NCBI GenBank assembly: GCA_041651035.1
Contig: JBAZKC010000001.1
Coordinates: 451,244-515,243 of the forward strand
DNA: 64,000 nucleotides
Source: Candidatus Omnitrophota bacterium
GTDB lineage: Bacteria; Omnitrophota; Gorgyraeia; Gygaellales; Profunditerraquicolaceae
Direction of reading: 5' to 3'
The notes under the pieces: generated by a model
Databases searched by the model: none
What the model saw: the letters and a program-made list of their open reading frames with translations, nothing else
Told to the model about the DNA's origin: nothing
Position numbers and translations under genes: made by a program
Shown here: in pieces, positions 1-9,850 of the stretch
Layout: each line of letters starts with the position of its first letter
How positions within the stretch are numbered: the stretch's first letter is position 1

Positions 1-349
1 TCTCAGATTGCGGCTCAACTCCCCCTACGGCGCAAAAAACCGCTACGGCTCCGTCTAAAACCCGCAGGGAACGTTCCACCTCTACGGTGAAATCAACATG
101 GCCGGGCGTATCAATAAGGTTGATCCTGTGCTCCTTCCAGAAACATGTCGTTGCCGCGGCAGTAATGGTAATACCCCTTTCTCTCTCCTGTTTCATCCAG
201 TCCATCTGAGTTCCACCGTCATGCACCTCGCCGATCTTATGGCTTTTGCCTGTGTAAAAAAGGATCCTCTCGGAAAGGGTGGTTTTACCGGCATCAATAT
301 GCGCCATGATCCCTATGTTGCGTGTTTTCTCCAGCGAATATTTGGGTAT
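1..349 (-). CDS. fusA: Elongation factor G, N-terminal part; the gene runs off the window start. The start codon is uncertain: no ATG/GTG/TTG lies between the in-frame TAA at 368-370 and the conserved core; an AUA at 347-349 is a possible initiator.
   Basis: Minus-strand translation gives ...[94 protein letters not shown]..., which matches the EF-G G1/G2 motifs and the HKIGEVHDG signature. Confidence 0.85.
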   Translation of the reverse strand, partial: MPKYSLEKTRNIGIMAHIDAGKTTLSERILFYTGKSHKIGEVHDGGTQMDWMKQERERGITITAAATTCFWKEHRINLIDTPGHVDFTVEVERSLRVLDGAVAVFCAVGGVEPQSE

Positions 350-367
350 GGGTTTTACTGTTTCCTT

Positions 368-1354
368 TTTAGCCGGAGGCTCTTCTTTGGGCGGCTCTTC
401 TTTTACAGGCGCGGCTTCCGCATCAAGTTTAGGGCTTTCTTCAACTGTCGGATCTTTTTGTTTCTGTTCGGCAATTATTACTGGCACCTCTTCCGGAGGC
501 TTTTCTTTAGGCTTCTCTTCGGGAATCCCCTCTTTGGGTTCTTCTTTGGGCGGCTCTTCGGCAATTTCTTCTTTCGGCTTATTCTCAATGGTTTTTTCCG
601 CTGGCTTTTCTTCAACAACAGGCTTATCAGGGCCCAATGAACCCCGCTCCTGATCAGAATATTTCTTTAAACGTATGATCTCTTCCGCGAAACTCTGGAG
701 CTTCCCCTCTTTTTCCTCAAGCTCCTTTTCCAGCTCGGTGTATTCCTCATTCAATTTATTGAATTCCGTCTTCGGGACCCACTCGCTTATCTGCTCTTTT
801 TTCTTGAATTCAGCGATGGTTTCCAGGTGTGCTTTTATTTCCGCGGCGCATTTTTCAATCCTGTGCTTCTGGGCTTCTATCTGGTCGGATTTATCTTTGA
901 TATCTTTCTCTAAAGACCCTGATTTATCCTTTAACTTCCTTGTTTCTTTGTTCAAATTTACACTCTTGGTAAACTCCTCCTGCAATTCTTTTTCTTTAGC
1001 TGTAAATTTATTCCTTAAGTCTGAATTCTCTTCTTTAAGCTTACTCAACGCGCCCTCGGATTTCGCAAGCCAATCCTTGCTCTTGGCTAATTCTTCTTGC
1101 AGCTGCGGACCCTGGGTCCTGGATGTCTCCAATTCTTTCTGCAGGCCGGCATATTCGGCTTTCGCTTTTTCCAATTCTCCCGAAAGCGAACTGATCTTTT
1201 CTTCAAGCCCCCGGGTTTTGTCTTCTTTAGGTGGGAGTAAGGGCTCTCTCTTTGTTTTCTTCCCCTTCGGGCTGCCGGAAAATAAGGCGCCAAAAACAGC
1301 ATACACTATCATCCCAATTCCGGCGAACATCAAAACTTTAAGTAATATGCTCAT
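368..1354 (-). CDS. Hypothetical membrane-anchored coiled-coil protein. It has an N-terminal hydrophobic segment, about 230 aa of E/K-rich heptad-like sequence, and a C-terminal Pro/Glu/Lys-rich low-complexity tail.
   Basis: Open minus-strand frame from ATG at 1352-1354 (ATGA overlap with the rarA stop) to TAA at 368-370, reading [27 protein letters not shown]...[26 protein letters not shown]... It is not in the ORF track, presumably because of how the track handled this frame. Confidence 0.5.
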
Positions 1355-2655
1355 TTGCCCCTCAGCTTCTCCAGGCGTTGTTTAATCTTTGCCTCAAAAC
1401 CCGTATCTGCCGGTTCGTAATACCTTACATTTTCCCGGGTGTATTTTTGTTTCACATAATGGCCTTGGTAATCATGGGCGTATTTATAACCCTTGCCATG
1501 GCCTAAGGCTTCGGCATCGCCAGTTGTATCCTTAAGGTGATCCGGTACTTCCTGGACCTTTTTATTTTTTATGTCCGCGATCGCTTTATCAATGGCCAGG
1601 TAACTGGCATTTGATTTTGGCGCGCAGGATACATAAATTACCGCCTGGGCTAAAGGGATACGCGCTTCAGGCATACCTACAAATTCAGAAATCTGCAATG
1701 CCGCGTTAGCCAAAACTAAAGCCAGGGGATCCGCATTCCCTACATCTTCTGCTGCCAAGATACAAACCCGCCGGGCTATAAATCTCGGGTCTTCTCCGGA
1801 ATAAAGCATCTTAGCCATCCAGTAAATTGCCGCGTCCGGGTCAGACCCGCGCATAGACTTAATAAACGCGGAGGCGGTATCGTAGTGGCCATCTTCGTCG
1901 TTATCATAAACAACCGCTTTTTTCTGTATTGATTCCTGCGCCGCTTCCAGATTAAAATTTATTGTTCCGTCGCTGGATTTAGCCGTGGTCAAGACGCCGA
2001 TCTCTAAGGCATTTAGCGCCCGCCGGGCATCGCCTTCACAGGTTTTAGCCAGAAATTCCAAAGCCTTTTTATCGGCCTTAGCCTTTAAATTGCCTAATCC
2101 GCGCTCATTGTCTTTCAGCGCGGAGTTTAAGATCTCCATGACCTCATTCTCTTTTAATGATTTTAATTCGCAGACCAGCGAGCGCGATAATAAGGGTGAG
2201 GCGATAGAGAAGAATGGGTTGTGGACCGTAGCGCCGATTAATACGGGATTACCGTCTTCTATATCCGGCAGAAGCACATCCTGCTGGGCCTTGTTAAAAC
2301 GGTGGATTTCATCAATAAAAAGGATCGTTTTTTTACCAGTGTTGACTTCCTTTTGTTTTGCCGCCGATATAACTTTCCTTAACTCCTCAACATTAGAGGT
2401 AGTGGCGTTAATAGAAACATGGCTGGACTTAGTCATATTGGCGATACACCAGGCCAAAGAAGTCTTGCCTGTTCCCGGAGGGCCGAACAAAATTAAAGAG
2501 CTTAAACGATCAGCCTCTATTGCCCGGCGCAAAAGCTTATCTTTGCCTAATATGTGCTCCTGGCCTACAAACTCATTTAAAGCCGCCGGCCGCATGCGCA
2601 CAGCTAAAGGGAGATTCCTATTACTGGCTGTTTTCTCTTCTTGAAAAAAGTCCAT
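1351..2655 (-). CDS. rarA: Replication-associated recombination protein A (AAA+ ATPase, MgsA/RarA)
   Basis: Walker A motif [13 protein letters not shown], Walker B motif [14 protein letters not shown], and the MgsA C-terminal helical domain. Confidence 0.9.
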   Translation of the reverse strand: MDFFQEEKTASNRNLPLAVRMRPAALNEFVGQEHILGKDKLLRRAIEADRLSSLILFGPPGTGKTSLAWCIANMTKSSHVSINATTSNVEELRKVISAAKQKEVNTGKKTILFIDEIHRFNKAQQDVLLPDIEDGNPVLIGATVHNPFFSIASPLLSRSLVCELKSLKENEVMEILNSALKDNERGLGNLKAKADKKALEFLAKTCEGDARRALNALEIGVLTTAKSSDGTINFNLEAAQESIQKKAVVYDNDEDGHYDTASAFIKSMRGSDPDAAIYWMAKMLYSGEDPRFIARRVCILAAEDVGNADPLALVLANAALQISEFVGMPEARIPLAQAVIYVSCAPKSNASYLAIDKAIADIKNKKVQEVPDHLKDTTGDAEALGHGKGYKYAHDYQGHYVKQKYTRENVRYYEPADTGFEAKIKQRLEKLRGK

Positions 2656-2969
2656 AAGTATACTTATCCCGCCATAACGGATTAGCTGGTGTGTTGCTTC
2701 TGCTCACACCCAATCCTATCGGATGGATTGGTGTGCCGCCTCTGCGGCAAAAAAAATCCCCGCATAGTGCCGTTGGAGCGATAGTTTGAACCGGTTTGGT
2801 TCCACGTGGGTGCCCTCTCCTAGCGCCTAAGCGCTATGGAAGACCGAGCTCCCTTTATAATTGTGTTGGTTCAAAAATTATCGACTCCCCAACGTGCACC
2901 GCAGGGATATTTAAAAGAACTTTTGTCTATAATAAGTATAGCACATACTGGAGAAAAATCAACCCTCCG

Positions 2970-5012
2970 TCATCTTATCTTGGCTGCAAAATCCCGAGTG
3001 AGCGTTTCACAAAGCAGGTCGTGAATTGGCTGAACTTCTTTCTCTGTCAAGGTGCGTTCATTAGAGCTGTATAAACAAGCCAAGGTAAGCCCCCTGTACC
3101 CTAAGGGGATCTGGCTGCCTTTATAATAATCCGCGACCCTGATCTCACGTAAAAGCGGCTGGCCTTTTCCTTTTAACAAGGCCAATATGTCTTTGACTGA
3201 AAGGCCCTCCTTTAATATAAAACTTATATCCCTGGCTATGCCGGGATACTTAGGAAGAGGGGTAAATATTTTATTGGGCCGCGCGAAGGCAAAGAGCTTA
3301 TCCAAAGAGGCCTCCAGCAGAAAAACATCTCTATTTTTTATTTCCAAAGATCTTAATGCCTGGCGGTTAAGCTTTAACATCGAACCTATTTTCTTCTTTT
3401 GGATATATATATCCGCGCGCTCCTCGCCTTGGCTGATAAATTCATAACCAGCCACTCCTAACAAAACAAAGACTGCCTCCAGCATCCCTTTTATATTTGA
3501 AAGGCCAGCCTCATCTTTAACCAGGCCCTGCCCGGTAAAAAACGATTTCGCGCCGCTTAAAGCAATGCCTAAGGTAAGCTCTTCTTCCGGTTCTTTTGCC
3601 CCTTTAAAAATATTGGCTATTTCGAATATAGCAACATGCTCCTGCCTTTGATTAAGATTAAAACTAACCGCGCGGCCAAGCCCCAGCATAAGAGTCGGAC
3701 TCAAGATTTCCTGCTCCTGGCTTAGCGGGTTCATAATTTCTATCGGGCCGAAGTCAAGCTTAAGGCCCAGGTTATTTAATCCCGCTCTGTCAACCAGGCT
3801 ATAAGTAATCGCCTCATTGGCCCCTAAGCCTGTAAGAATATTCTTTATAGCTGAAACCAAATCTCTTCTCTCGCTTATAGTTACGCATGGTTTTATCGCA
3901 GGCACGCTGGAAGGGATCAGTTCATAACCGAAAATCCTGGCAACTTCTTCAACTAAATCAACCTGTGTTCTTACGTCTTGCCTGAATGAAGGCACCCCTA
4001 CAATAAGAATATTCTTTGATTTATGTTTGACCTTGAACCCAAGCCTGGTAAGGATATGTTTTACTTTAGCGGCTGCTAAATTTATCCCTAATATTTTCGA
4101 AACATAGGCAGTATCCAAATCAACTTTTATATCTTTTGGCTTGCTTACGCCGCTTACCATAAAGCCGGATTCTTCCGAATCGCAGCATTCCCGTATCAAT
4201 TCTGCTGCCTTAAGCGAGGCCTGGCTAACCATGCTTGAATCCACGCCTCTTTCAAACCGGTAGCTTGATTCAGTGGATTTGCCCAGGGCCTGGCGGGAGC
4301 GCCGCACAACAATAGGATCAAAGCTCGCAGCTTCCAATAAAATATTTCTGGTACCCTGGCTGACCTCCGTGTCCCTGCCTCCCATTACTCCCGCAGCAGC
4401 AATAGTTTTGTCTTTATCGGCTATTACCAAAACTTCTCCTGAAAGCCTGTTTTCTTCCCCATCTATAGTTATTATCTTCTCTTGCGGTTTAGCCCTGCGT
4501 ACAATTATCTCTTCCGGATTAATTTTATCTAAATCAAACGCGTGCAAAGGTTCGCCTAATTCGTATAATAGGTAATTGGTAATATCCACAACATTATTGA
4601 CGCTGCGGCAGCCTATCAATTCCAGTCTTCGCCGTATCCAGTCCGGCGAAGGGCCCACTTTTACATTCTTGATTATCCTGGCGGTATAGAGAGGGCAATC
4701 TTTTTTATTCTCAATTTTAATTTTAAGGCTGCCCTTGTTTGCCTGGGAATTAAGCCTGCCTGACCGACGGGCAGATAAAAAACTGGGAACGCGAAGTTTT
4801 GCCCCTGTAATTGCCGCTACCTCACGGGCAACACCTAAAACACTCAACCAATCCGGGCGGTTTGAAGTAATCTCGATCTCAAATATAAAATCCCCTGCTT
4901 TTTCTTCAAGAGATACGACTTCTAAGCCGGCCATAGTCAGTTTATCCGCTAACTCCTTAGCCGGGATCTTGATCTCTACAAAGTCTTTTAACCAATTATA
5001 GGTAACTCTCAT
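2970..5012 (-). CDS. pheT: Phenylalanine--tRNA ligase beta subunit; short form (680 aa) lacking the EMAP-like tRNA-binding insert
   Basis: N-terminus MRVTYNWLKDFVEI plus B3/B4 and B5 domains; located immediately downstream of pheS. Confidence 0.9.
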   Translation of the reverse strand: MRVTYNWLKDFVEIKIPAKELADKLTMAGLEVVSLEEKAGDFIFEIEITSNRPDWLSVLGVAREVAAITGAKLRVPSFLSARRSGRLNSQANKGSLKIKIENKKDCPLYTARIIKNVKVGPSPDWIRRRLELIGCRSVNNVVDITNYLLYELGEPLHAFDLDKINPEEIIVRRAKPQEKIITIDGEENRLSGEVLVIADKDKTIAAAGVMGGRDTEVSQGTRNILLEAASFDPIVVRRSRQALGKSTESSYRFERGVDSSMVSQASLKAAELIRECCDSEESGFMVSGVSKPKDIKVDLDTAYVSKILGINLAAAKVKHILTRLGFKVKHKSKNILIVGVPSFRQDVRTQVDLVEEVARIFGYELIPSSVPAIKPCVTISERRDLVSAIKNILTGLGANEAITYSLVDRAGLNNLGLKLDFGPIEIMNPLSQEQEILSPTLMLGLGRAVSFNLNQRQEHVAIFEIANIFKGAKEPEEELTLGIALSGAKSFFTGQGLVKDEAGLSNIKGMLEAVFVLLGVAGYEFISQGEERADIYIQKKKIGSMLKLNRQALRSLEIKNRDVFLLEASLDKLFAFARPNKIFTPLPKYPGIARDISFILKEGLSVKDILALLKGKGQPLLREIRVADYYKGSQIPLGYRGLTLACLYSSNERTLTEKEVQPIHDLLCETLTRDFAAKIR

Positions 5013-5013
5013 A

Positions 5014-6027
5014 TTAGAATTGCCTCAAAAACCTTAAGTCATTCTCAAAAAACAACCTGATATCATTGATGCCGTATTTAAGCATAGCGATTCTCTCTAC
5101 GCCCATGCCGAAAGCAAACCCTGTATATTTCTTAGGATCGATCCCTACGTGTTTAAAAACATTGGGATGGATCATGCCTGAGCCTAGGATCTCCAGCCAC
5201 CCCTTTCTGCCGCAGACAGAACACCCCTTGCCTTTACAAATTATGCAGGATATGTCTACCTCTGCCGACGGTTCTGTAAAAGGAAAAAAGTGCGGACGGA
5301 AACGCATCTTTATATCATTGCCGAAAACCGCCTTGGCAAATATTTCTAAGAGGCCTTTAAGATCGGAGAACTTGATATCTTTATCTACCAGGAACCCCTC
5401 CACTTGATAGAACATAAAAGAGTGCGACGCGTCCACCGCGTCCGGCCTGTATACGCGGCCGGGGACAACAATGGCTAAAGGAGGTTTTCTTTCTTTCATC
5501 GCGCGCACCTGCACCGGAGAGGTATGGCTGCGCAGGAGCATTTGAGCATAGTCTTTTAAATAGAAGGTGTCAAAGGCTTCGCGGGAAGGATGTTCCAGGG
5601 GGATATTTAATCCGGTAAAATTATTATATTCGGTTTCTATCTCCGGGCCGCTGACAACAGAAAAACCCATGCGGCTGAATATGGCGCAGATCTCGTCGGT
5701 GATCCGGGTTAGGGGATGGATATGCCCTAATTCCTGCGCGATACCCGGCATACCCGCGTCAAAAGAAGAAAACGTTGTTTCTTTTTGGCCGGGCAAAAGT
5801 GTTTTTTGTTTTTCGGCGATAACAAAAAGAAGTTTGTCCTTAAGCGCGTTAACTTCCCGGCCAAAGCTGCTTCGCTGTTCCAGGGCCAGGCTGGGTATAG
5901 TACCGGTCAACTGGGCAAGAATACCTTTTCTTCCCAAATACTTAGTCCGGAATTCTTCCAATTCCCCAGCCGAACTTATACCCTGCGCTTCAGAATCTAT
6001 TTGCGTTTTAATAGAGTTAATATCCAT
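5014..6027 (-). CDS. pheS: Phenylalanine--tRNA ligase alpha subunit. Start reassigned to the internal Met (MDINSIKTQIDSEAQ...) rather than the ORF-track start at 6165.
   Basis: Class II aaRS motifs; the N-terminus aligns with canonical PheS; ATG at 6025-6027. Confidence 0.9.
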   Translation of the reverse strand: MDINSIKTQIDSEAQGISSAGELEEFRTKYLGRKGILAQLTGTIPSLALEQRSSFGREVNALKDKLLFVIAEKQKTLLPGQKETTFSSFDAGMPGIAQELGHIHPLTRITDEICAIFSRMGFSVVSGPEIETEYNNFTGLNIPLEHPSREAFDTFYLKDYAQMLLRSHTSPVQVRAMKERKPPLAIVVPGRVYRPDAVDASHSFMFYQVEGFLVDKDIKFSDLKGLLEIFAKAVFGNDIKMRFRPHFFPFTEPSAEVDISCIICKGKGCSVCGRKGWLEILGSGMIHPNVFKHVGIDPKKYTGFAFGMGVERIAMLKYGINDIRLFFENDLRFLRQF

Positions 6028-6485
6028 ACCAGGCAAAATACCCCCAATAACACAATTACAAAGTTCCTCTTGCCGGGATTCAGCTTCTCCCGGATGTTTC
6101 GTCCGGAGGTGGTCTTGCGTATGGCCTGGGCGTGTATATCCAGGTCTCCTCCGTGCTCGGCGCAAGCGCGATGAAAAACCCCGGTCACCTCAATACCGTC
6201 GCCCACAGACTTATAACTGCCTGTATAGGCTATATCTTTTGCTAAAGAGGAATTTATCCAGATACCTATCGCGTTCTCTCCATCATTAATATTTACCCAG
6301 GCATGATCTCCGCGCGCCATTACATCACCGATAACCTCGCCTTCATAGACCACTATTTTACCGTCGTACTGCTTGGCGTTATTTATAAGCTCGCTGCTGG
6401 AAATAGGCTGCGCAGAACAAAGAGCATGGCAGCATAACAATAAACTAATAACTAATAGTTGATAACTAATAACTTTTCTTAACAT
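5997..6485 (-). CDS. Hypothetical exported protein with a signal peptide and a hydrophobic C-terminus
   Basis: MLRKVISYQLLVISLLLCCHALCSAQP... with an internal Met start one codon after the trkH stop. The C-terminal ~10 codons overlap the pheS start. Confidence 0.4.
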   Translation of the reverse strand: MLRKVISYQLLVISLLLCCHALCSAQPISSSELINNAKQYDGKIVVYEGEVIGDVMARGDHAWVNINDGENAIGIWINSSLAKDIAYTGSYKSVGDGIEVTGVFHRACAEHGGDLDIHAQAIRKTTSGRNIREKLNPGKRNFVIVLLGVFCLVWILTLLKRK

Positions 6486-7987
6486 CTTTTTCCTTTTATC
6501 GTTGCCGCGAAGAACCCTATCAGAGTAAATATGGACATAAACTCTAACCGCCCGGCCCACATCTGGATTATATAGGTAATCTTTAAAACCGTGGGCATAG
6601 ACGCATCTGTAATCCCGCAGGAAAAACCAACGTTGCCGGCGGCAGACGTTGATTCAAATAAAGAATTTAAGAACGGATAGCCAAAAAACATCCCTATAAC
6701 AGCCCCAAGCATGTAAAGAATTAGATACGCCAGGGTAATTAAAAGGGCGCCCCTTACTTGTTTATCTTCCAGGAATATTTCCTTTATATGGTGGAATTTT
6801 TGGACCACGATCGCCTTTTCGGGCAGGATTATCCTTTTTATATCTTCCTTTAACGCCTTAAAGGCGATGCCTATACGTAACATTTTTATGCCGCCGGCAG
6901 TAGAACAGATACAGCCGCCTAAAGCCATGGCGCAAATCAAACCAACCAACGCCAGGTCACCCCACTCATTGACAAACTGCCGGGCGTATATAGTCATATA
7001 TCCTGTGGTGGTGTGCCCTGAAATAAGCTGGAAAAAGCCTTTACGGAATAAGACAACTGCCTTGGGATAAACTCCGAACCGGCTAAGGCCGATGGCGGTA
7101 ACAAAAAAAGTGAGCATGATACTGATAAAAAATACCCTGCTTTCAATATTTTTAAACATCTCTTTGCGGTTGCCGATCCATAACTGATAGTGGAAGTTAA
7201 AATTAAGCGCGCCGGCAAGCATAATAATAATCGTGGTTACCTCAAAAAGCAGGCTGTGGTAATAAAGTATATTCTGGGACTGGGGCGCAAAGCCCGCGGT
7301 ATCAAAACCTGCCATAAACACACAGGCGCCGTGGAAAAAAGCATTTAGAGGTTTTAAACCGATAGATATCCCGACTATACCTAAGGCAAGTGTGCCTAAA
7401 ATCAGGTACGTTATGCTTATCAACCAAATAGACCTGGCGGTATGGATAACATTGGGCGCCAGCCTTTCATCGCGCGCTTCACCAACATATAACTTAAACG
7501 CCCCCGAAGAACCCTTAACAAAAAATGACAAGGCCACAATAGCAATACCCTGGCCTCCTATGAAAGGGCCCAGATGCCGCCAGAGATTATGCGTGTATGA
7601 TAAATGGTCAAGATCCTGGACTAAAGTCAATCCCGTAGTAGTAAGGCCGGACATGGTCTCAAAACAGGTATCTAAAAACGTCTTGAAGTGCCCGCTTAAA
7701 TACAGCGGTATCGCGCTTAATACCATGGCGGCTAACCACGCCAGAGATACCACGATCATCCCTTGCATCCAGTTCAGATCTTTCTCTGTAAAACATAATT
7801 TGGTCAAGATCAAGCCGAAGATAGCCGATATCCCCAGGCCGATCAAGAAATCCAGAGCGGGATTTACTTCTCCAAACGCGAATCCCGCTAATATAGGCAC
7901 CAGCATTGTAAAGGCCAGGCCTAAAATGATCTTGCCTAAATAAAAACCTATGATTTTGATGTCTTCGAGGGAGGGCTTAAGGATCAT
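6479..7987 (-). CDS. trkH: TrkH/KtrB family potassium uptake membrane protein
   Basis: Multi-pass membrane protein carrying the GFDTAGF and TTTGYM pore-loop motifs. Confidence 0.85.
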   Translation of the reverse strand: MILKPSLEDIKIIGFYLGKIILGLAFTMLVPILAGFAFGEVNPALDFLIGLGISAIFGLILTKLCFTEKDLNWMQGMIVVSLAWLAAMVLSAIPLYLSGHFKTFLDTCFETMSGLTTTGLTLVQDLDHLSYTHNLWRHLGPFIGGQGIAIVALSFFVKGSSGAFKLYVGEARDERLAPNVIHTARSIWLISITYLILGTLALGIVGISIGLKPLNAFFHGACVFMAGFDTAGFAPQSQNILYYHSLLFEVTTIIIMLAGALNFNFHYQLWIGNRKEMFKNIESRVFFISIMLTFFVTAIGLSRFGVYPKAVVLFRKGFFQLISGHTTTGYMTIYARQFVNEWGDLALVGLICAMALGGCICSTAGGIKMLRIGIAFKALKEDIKRIILPEKAIVVQKFHHIKEIFLEDKQVRGALLITLAYLILYMLGAVIGMFFGYPFLNSLFESTSAAGNVGFSCGITDASMPTVLKITYIIQMWAGRLEFMSIFTLIGFFAATIKGKRC

Positions 7988-8090
7988 GATAGTGCTACGC
8001 AGATTAAAAATGCCGCCAGCATAATTATTAAGGCATACAAGGCTTCTGTAGAGATGCCCAAAACAGCATTAACAGCGGTTTTTATTTTTA

Positions 8091-8753
8091 TCACAGCTTG
8101 CCTACCAGTATATTTAACAGCTGCGGTTCGTTGCCTATCAAAGTAAGGGCGATAATATCGTCACCGGTGTTAAGGACGGTATTTCCTTTGGGGACAATAA
8201 CCTCTTCACCCCTGACAATAGAAACTAAAACCGAGTCAGGAGGCAATTCAATATCTTTGATCTCTTTATTGATCACGGGGGAATCTTCCGGCAGATCAAC
8301 GCGTACAATCGCCAGCTTCCCGCGTTTAAAACTCATCAAATTGACAAAATCAGAGAAAGACGCTTCTTCTTCGATAATCTTGGCGATTATCTTAGTGGAG
8401 TCAACCGGGACATCAATGCCTAATTCCGCGAAGGTAAACTCATTATCGGGGTTATTCACGCGGGCAACTGTGCGCCGGACATGGAATCTCTCTTTGGCTA
8501 ATTGGCAGATGATCAGATTATCTTCGTCTTCGCCTGTGACAGCGGCCACTACATCCGCGCGCTCAATACCTGATTCTTCCAGAATACGCGGGTCGCAGCC
8601 GTCGCCGTTGATAACCAGGGCCTCCACTTCTTTAGCTACCTCTTCACAAAGGCCCTTGTCTTTTTCAATAAGGCTCACAGTATGGTTGCTGGCGATAAGC
8701 CTTTTAGTTAAGAAATACCCGACTTTGCCCGCGCCTATAATTAAAATATACAT
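8091..8753 (-). CDS. trkA: TrkA/KtrA-type RCK K+ uptake regulatory subunit (NAD-binding). Start taken at MYILIIGAGKVG, which has a GAGGAGGG ribosome-binding site.
   Basis: Rossmann fold GAGKVG and a TrkA-C domain; the ribosome-binding site lies 11 nt upstream of the ATG at 8751-8753. Confidence 0.8.
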   Translation of the reverse strand: MYILIIGAGKVGYFLTKRLIASNHTVSLIEKDKGLCEEVAKEVEALVINGDGCDPRILEESGIERADVVAAVTGEDEDNLIICQLAKERFHVRRTVARVNNPDNEFTFAELGIDVPVDSTKIIAKIIEEEASFSDFVNLMSFKRGKLAIVRVDLPEDSPVINKEIKDIELPPDSVLVSIVRGEEVIVPKGNTVLNTGDDIIALTLIGNEPQLLNILVGKL

Positions 8754-8772
8754 ACCGCTTAGAACCCTCCTC

Positions 8773-9426
8773 TTACTTCTCCGCCAAACCAAACTTTTCT
8801 CTTACGCTCTGCAAGCTGGTTACCTTAACCGCTGCCATTAATGTATCTTTTTCCTTTAGGACCGTCCGGGGCTCAGGCAGGATCAACCCTTGCATCCTTC
8901 TTATGGCCACAACCAGGAATTCACTCGGGATATTTATTTCCTGAATGGTTTTACCGACTAGCCCGCCCTTTACTTCGATCTCAATAACCCCCAGCTCTTT
9001 AGTCTCGATAAGATAACTGGAGAAGCGGCTCTCAATAATCTTATCCCTGAGCATCGCGGCGAAAAGAATGGTCCCGCTGATAATATCCAGGCCCAAGGCA
9101 GTATAGATATGCGCCCGCTGCGGATCATATACGCGGGCTAAGACCTTGGGGACCTTAAATATCTTTTTAGCTACTTGCGCGGAAATCAAATTTGTGTTGT
9201 CCCCGTTAGTAACCGCGCATAAGGCATCCGCTTTCTCAATACCTACCTGTTTTAATAATTTCAAGTCGAAACTGTTGCCTACCATAGTCAGGCCGTTGAA
9301 TGTGCCGCCTAAGCGGTCAAAAGAAGCGGGGTTCTTGTCAATGACTACCACGTTATGGCCTTCATTAGACAATAATTTAGCTAATTCCGAGCCGACCCTG
9401 CCGCAGCCTGCTATTATTACATACAT
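8773..9426 (-). CDS. trkA: Second TrkA/KtrA-type RCK subunit
   Basis: MYVIIAGCGRVGSELAKLL Rossmann fold plus a TrkA-C domain. Confidence 0.8.
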   Translation of the reverse strand: MYVIIAGCGRVGSELAKLLSNEGHNVVVIDKNPASFDRLGGTFNGLTMVGNSFDLKLLKQVGIEKADALCAVTNGDNTNLISAQVAKKIFKVPKVLARVYDPQRAHIYTALGLDIISGTILFAAMLRDKIIESRFSSYLIETKELGVIEIEVKGGLVGKTIQEINIPSEFLVVAIRRMQGLILPEPRTVLKEKDTLMAAVKVTSLQSVREKFGLAEK

Positions 9427-9488
9427 ACTGGCTCCTCAAAAATCCCAATCGCAAGTATTACTAATACTGCCAAATTGGAATTTTGTAT

Positions 9489-9836
9489 TTATCCTTTTGC
9501 TATCTCTACCAATTTCGCAAACGCCTTGCTGTCCTTAACTGCCAAATCCGCCAGAATCTTCCTGTCTAAAGCGACCTTTGATTTCTTAAGGCCGGCTATA
9601 AACGCGCTGTAAGTAATACCCGCGGCCCGGCAAGCGGCATTTATACGCACGATCCAGAGGCTGCGGAATTCTCTCTTCTTTACGCGCCTGTCACGATAGG
9701 CATACACCAGCGCGTGCATAAGAGTCCGATGCGCCTGCTGGTACTGCTTGCTTCTATCTCCCCAAAAACCCTTCGCCTTCTTTAATACCCTCTTCTTCCT
9801 TCTGCGTGTTGCTACACTATGTTTAACCTTAGCCAT
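9489..9836 (-). CDS. rplT: 50S ribosomal protein L20
   Basis: [26 protein letters not shown]...YAYRDRR. Confidence 0.95.
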   Translation of the reverse strand: MAKVKHSVATRRRKKRVLKKAKGFWGDRSKQYQQAHRTLMHALVYAYRDRRVKKREFRSLWIVRINAACRAAGITYSAFIAGLKKSKVALDRKILADLAVKDSKAFAKLVEIAKG

Positions 9837-9850
9837 ATTTTCCCCTTTTT

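Noticed and set aside
98-1385. Plus-strand ORFs 98..640, 279..653 and 675..1385 from the ORF track
   Set aside because: They run antisense to EF-G and to the E/K/P-rich coiled-coil gene. Their low-complexity translations (FFFGRLF..., SSSFSSS...) are the mirror image of the repetitive coding on the minus strand.
2656-2969. SRP RNA, RNase P RNA, tmRNA or 6S RNA in the long pheT-rarA spacer
   Set aside because: None of the conserved core motifs (GGAAGCAGCC, GGAAAGUCCGG, tRNA-like TTCGAATCC end) is present by eye. The region is kept only as an unexplained structured spacer.
9427-9488. c-di-AMP (ydaO-type) riboswitch upstream of the trkA/trkH module
   Set aside because: The spacer is only 62 nt and contains just a GAGGAG ribosome-binding site, which is too short for the riboswitch.
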